64,000 bases of DNA from the sequence record MT612989.1, one strand, 5' to 3'. Under the pieces are notes generated by a model that searched no databases, was not told the DNA's origin, and was given only the letters and a program-made list of their open reading frames with translations. Made by a program: the position numbers and the translations under genes. Each line of letters opens with the position of its first letter. The first letter of the stretch is position 1. Shown here piece after piece: positions 63,236 through 64,000 of the stretch.

Positions 63236-64000
63236 TTATACCGTTACTGCGTGAGTGTATGACAGCTTAGAACTGTTCGCAAGAACACCAAGATTATCCC
63301 AGTCGATTTCAACTGCACCCGTTTGATTGTCTTCTAATGGGGCTACGGTCAATGCGTATCGAGCAATCACACCGTAAATTGGGTGGAATGATTTTGAGTC
63401 TTGTGTTTTATATTGATATGCAATACCAGCGTCTGTTGCTTTGTCAAAGTTGTATGGGCTGAATACTAAACTTGAGATTTCATAATCACCAAGTTCTTTC
63501 TTAACACCAATTGTTACGTAGTCAGTCGTTGCATACTTGTCATGAACTAGATATAACCCAGAGTCACATTTATACATGCTAGTATCACCAATCTGTGTAG
63601 CCATACCAGTGCCCGTCAATAGACCAAATGCTTCACCACCTGCTACGATATATGTACCTGTACAACCCGTCGACTTTTCAATCTCAGCAGCAGATGCATG
63701 GACGAGCGAGTATAATTCTCGACCTTTATCAAAACGATTAGTAATCCCAGATAGCGTAATTGCACTACCAACAGTTGAAATACTGTTTAGTGCATCGATG
63801 ATATTAGTGTTGATGTCATCTGCGATTTGGTCAGCAATAGAATCTGTGATAATCGATTCATTGACACCAAGTGCTTGCATATCTTGAATTGTTTCAAGTG
63901 AGATTTCAGTTTTTAGCTTTGATGATTGAACTTGTGCATACCAGCGATCAAGTCTAAAACCATGGGGAAGCCAGCCACTCGCGTCATCAGCTTCAGCTAC
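63236..64000 (-). CDS. 24: gp23/gp24-family capsid vertex protein (5' end outside the window)
   Basis: Frame stays open to the window edge (...FRLDRWYAQVQSSKLKTEISLETIQDM); IADDINTNII; LVFSPY; GVIARYAL. Confidence 0.82.
   Translation of the reverse strand, partial: VAEADDASGWLPHGFRLDRWYAQVQSSKLKTEISLETIQDMQALGVNESIITDSIADQIADDINTNIIDALNSISTVGSAITLSGITNRFDKGRELYSLVHASAAEIEKSTGCTGTYIVAGGEAFGLLTGTGMATQIGDTSMYKCDSGLYLVHDKYATTDYVTIGVKKELGDYEISSLVFSPYNFDKATDAGIAYQYKTQDSKSFHPIYGVIARYALTVAPLEDNQTGAVEIDWDNLGVLANSSKLSYTHAVTV

Noticed and set aside
63236-64000. Capsid-family gene located next to gene 55 rather than in the head cluster
   Set aside because: To my recollection a displaced gene 24 is already known in KVP40-type genomes, and the gene is truncated by the window edge; not treated as novel.

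Overview
This window is a gene-dense 64 kb segment of a lytic T4-like myovirus (Straboviridae). Protein content and sizes best fit the KVP40/nt-1-like Vibrio phages (Schizotequatrovirus-like); this placement is by recognition, not by database search. Almost all genes are on the minus strand. Core T4 genes: gp24-like (partial), gp55, gp47, gp46, gp45, gp44, gp62, regA, gp43, rnlA, spanins, pseT, cd, gp31, endonuclease VII, rnlB, rIIA, rIIB, nrdC.11 and dda. Accessory genes: a 7-deazaguanine cluster (queD, folE, TGT/DpdA-like, queF, queC, class II GATase), NatV (NMNAT-Nudix), a 2-TM K+ channel, a secreted metzincin, a DNA adenine methylase, and ArdA-like and MmcB-like proteins. Many small early genes follow sigma70-type promoters that are often embedded in stem-loops. 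The two most notable observations are: (1) a co-oriented, near-helically phased array of seven consensus DnaA boxes (97-205) in a long non-coding region of a phage that encodes its own replisome; (2) eight or nine dispersed genes whose products begin with a T4 internal-protein-like capsid-targeting leader ending in L-x-E, several behind late-promoter motifs. These look like a set of capsid-packaged, injected effectors (methyltransferase, ART-like, metallopeptidase, glycine-zipper, three paralogues). No tRNA, rRNA, CRISPR array, intron or IS element was recognised.
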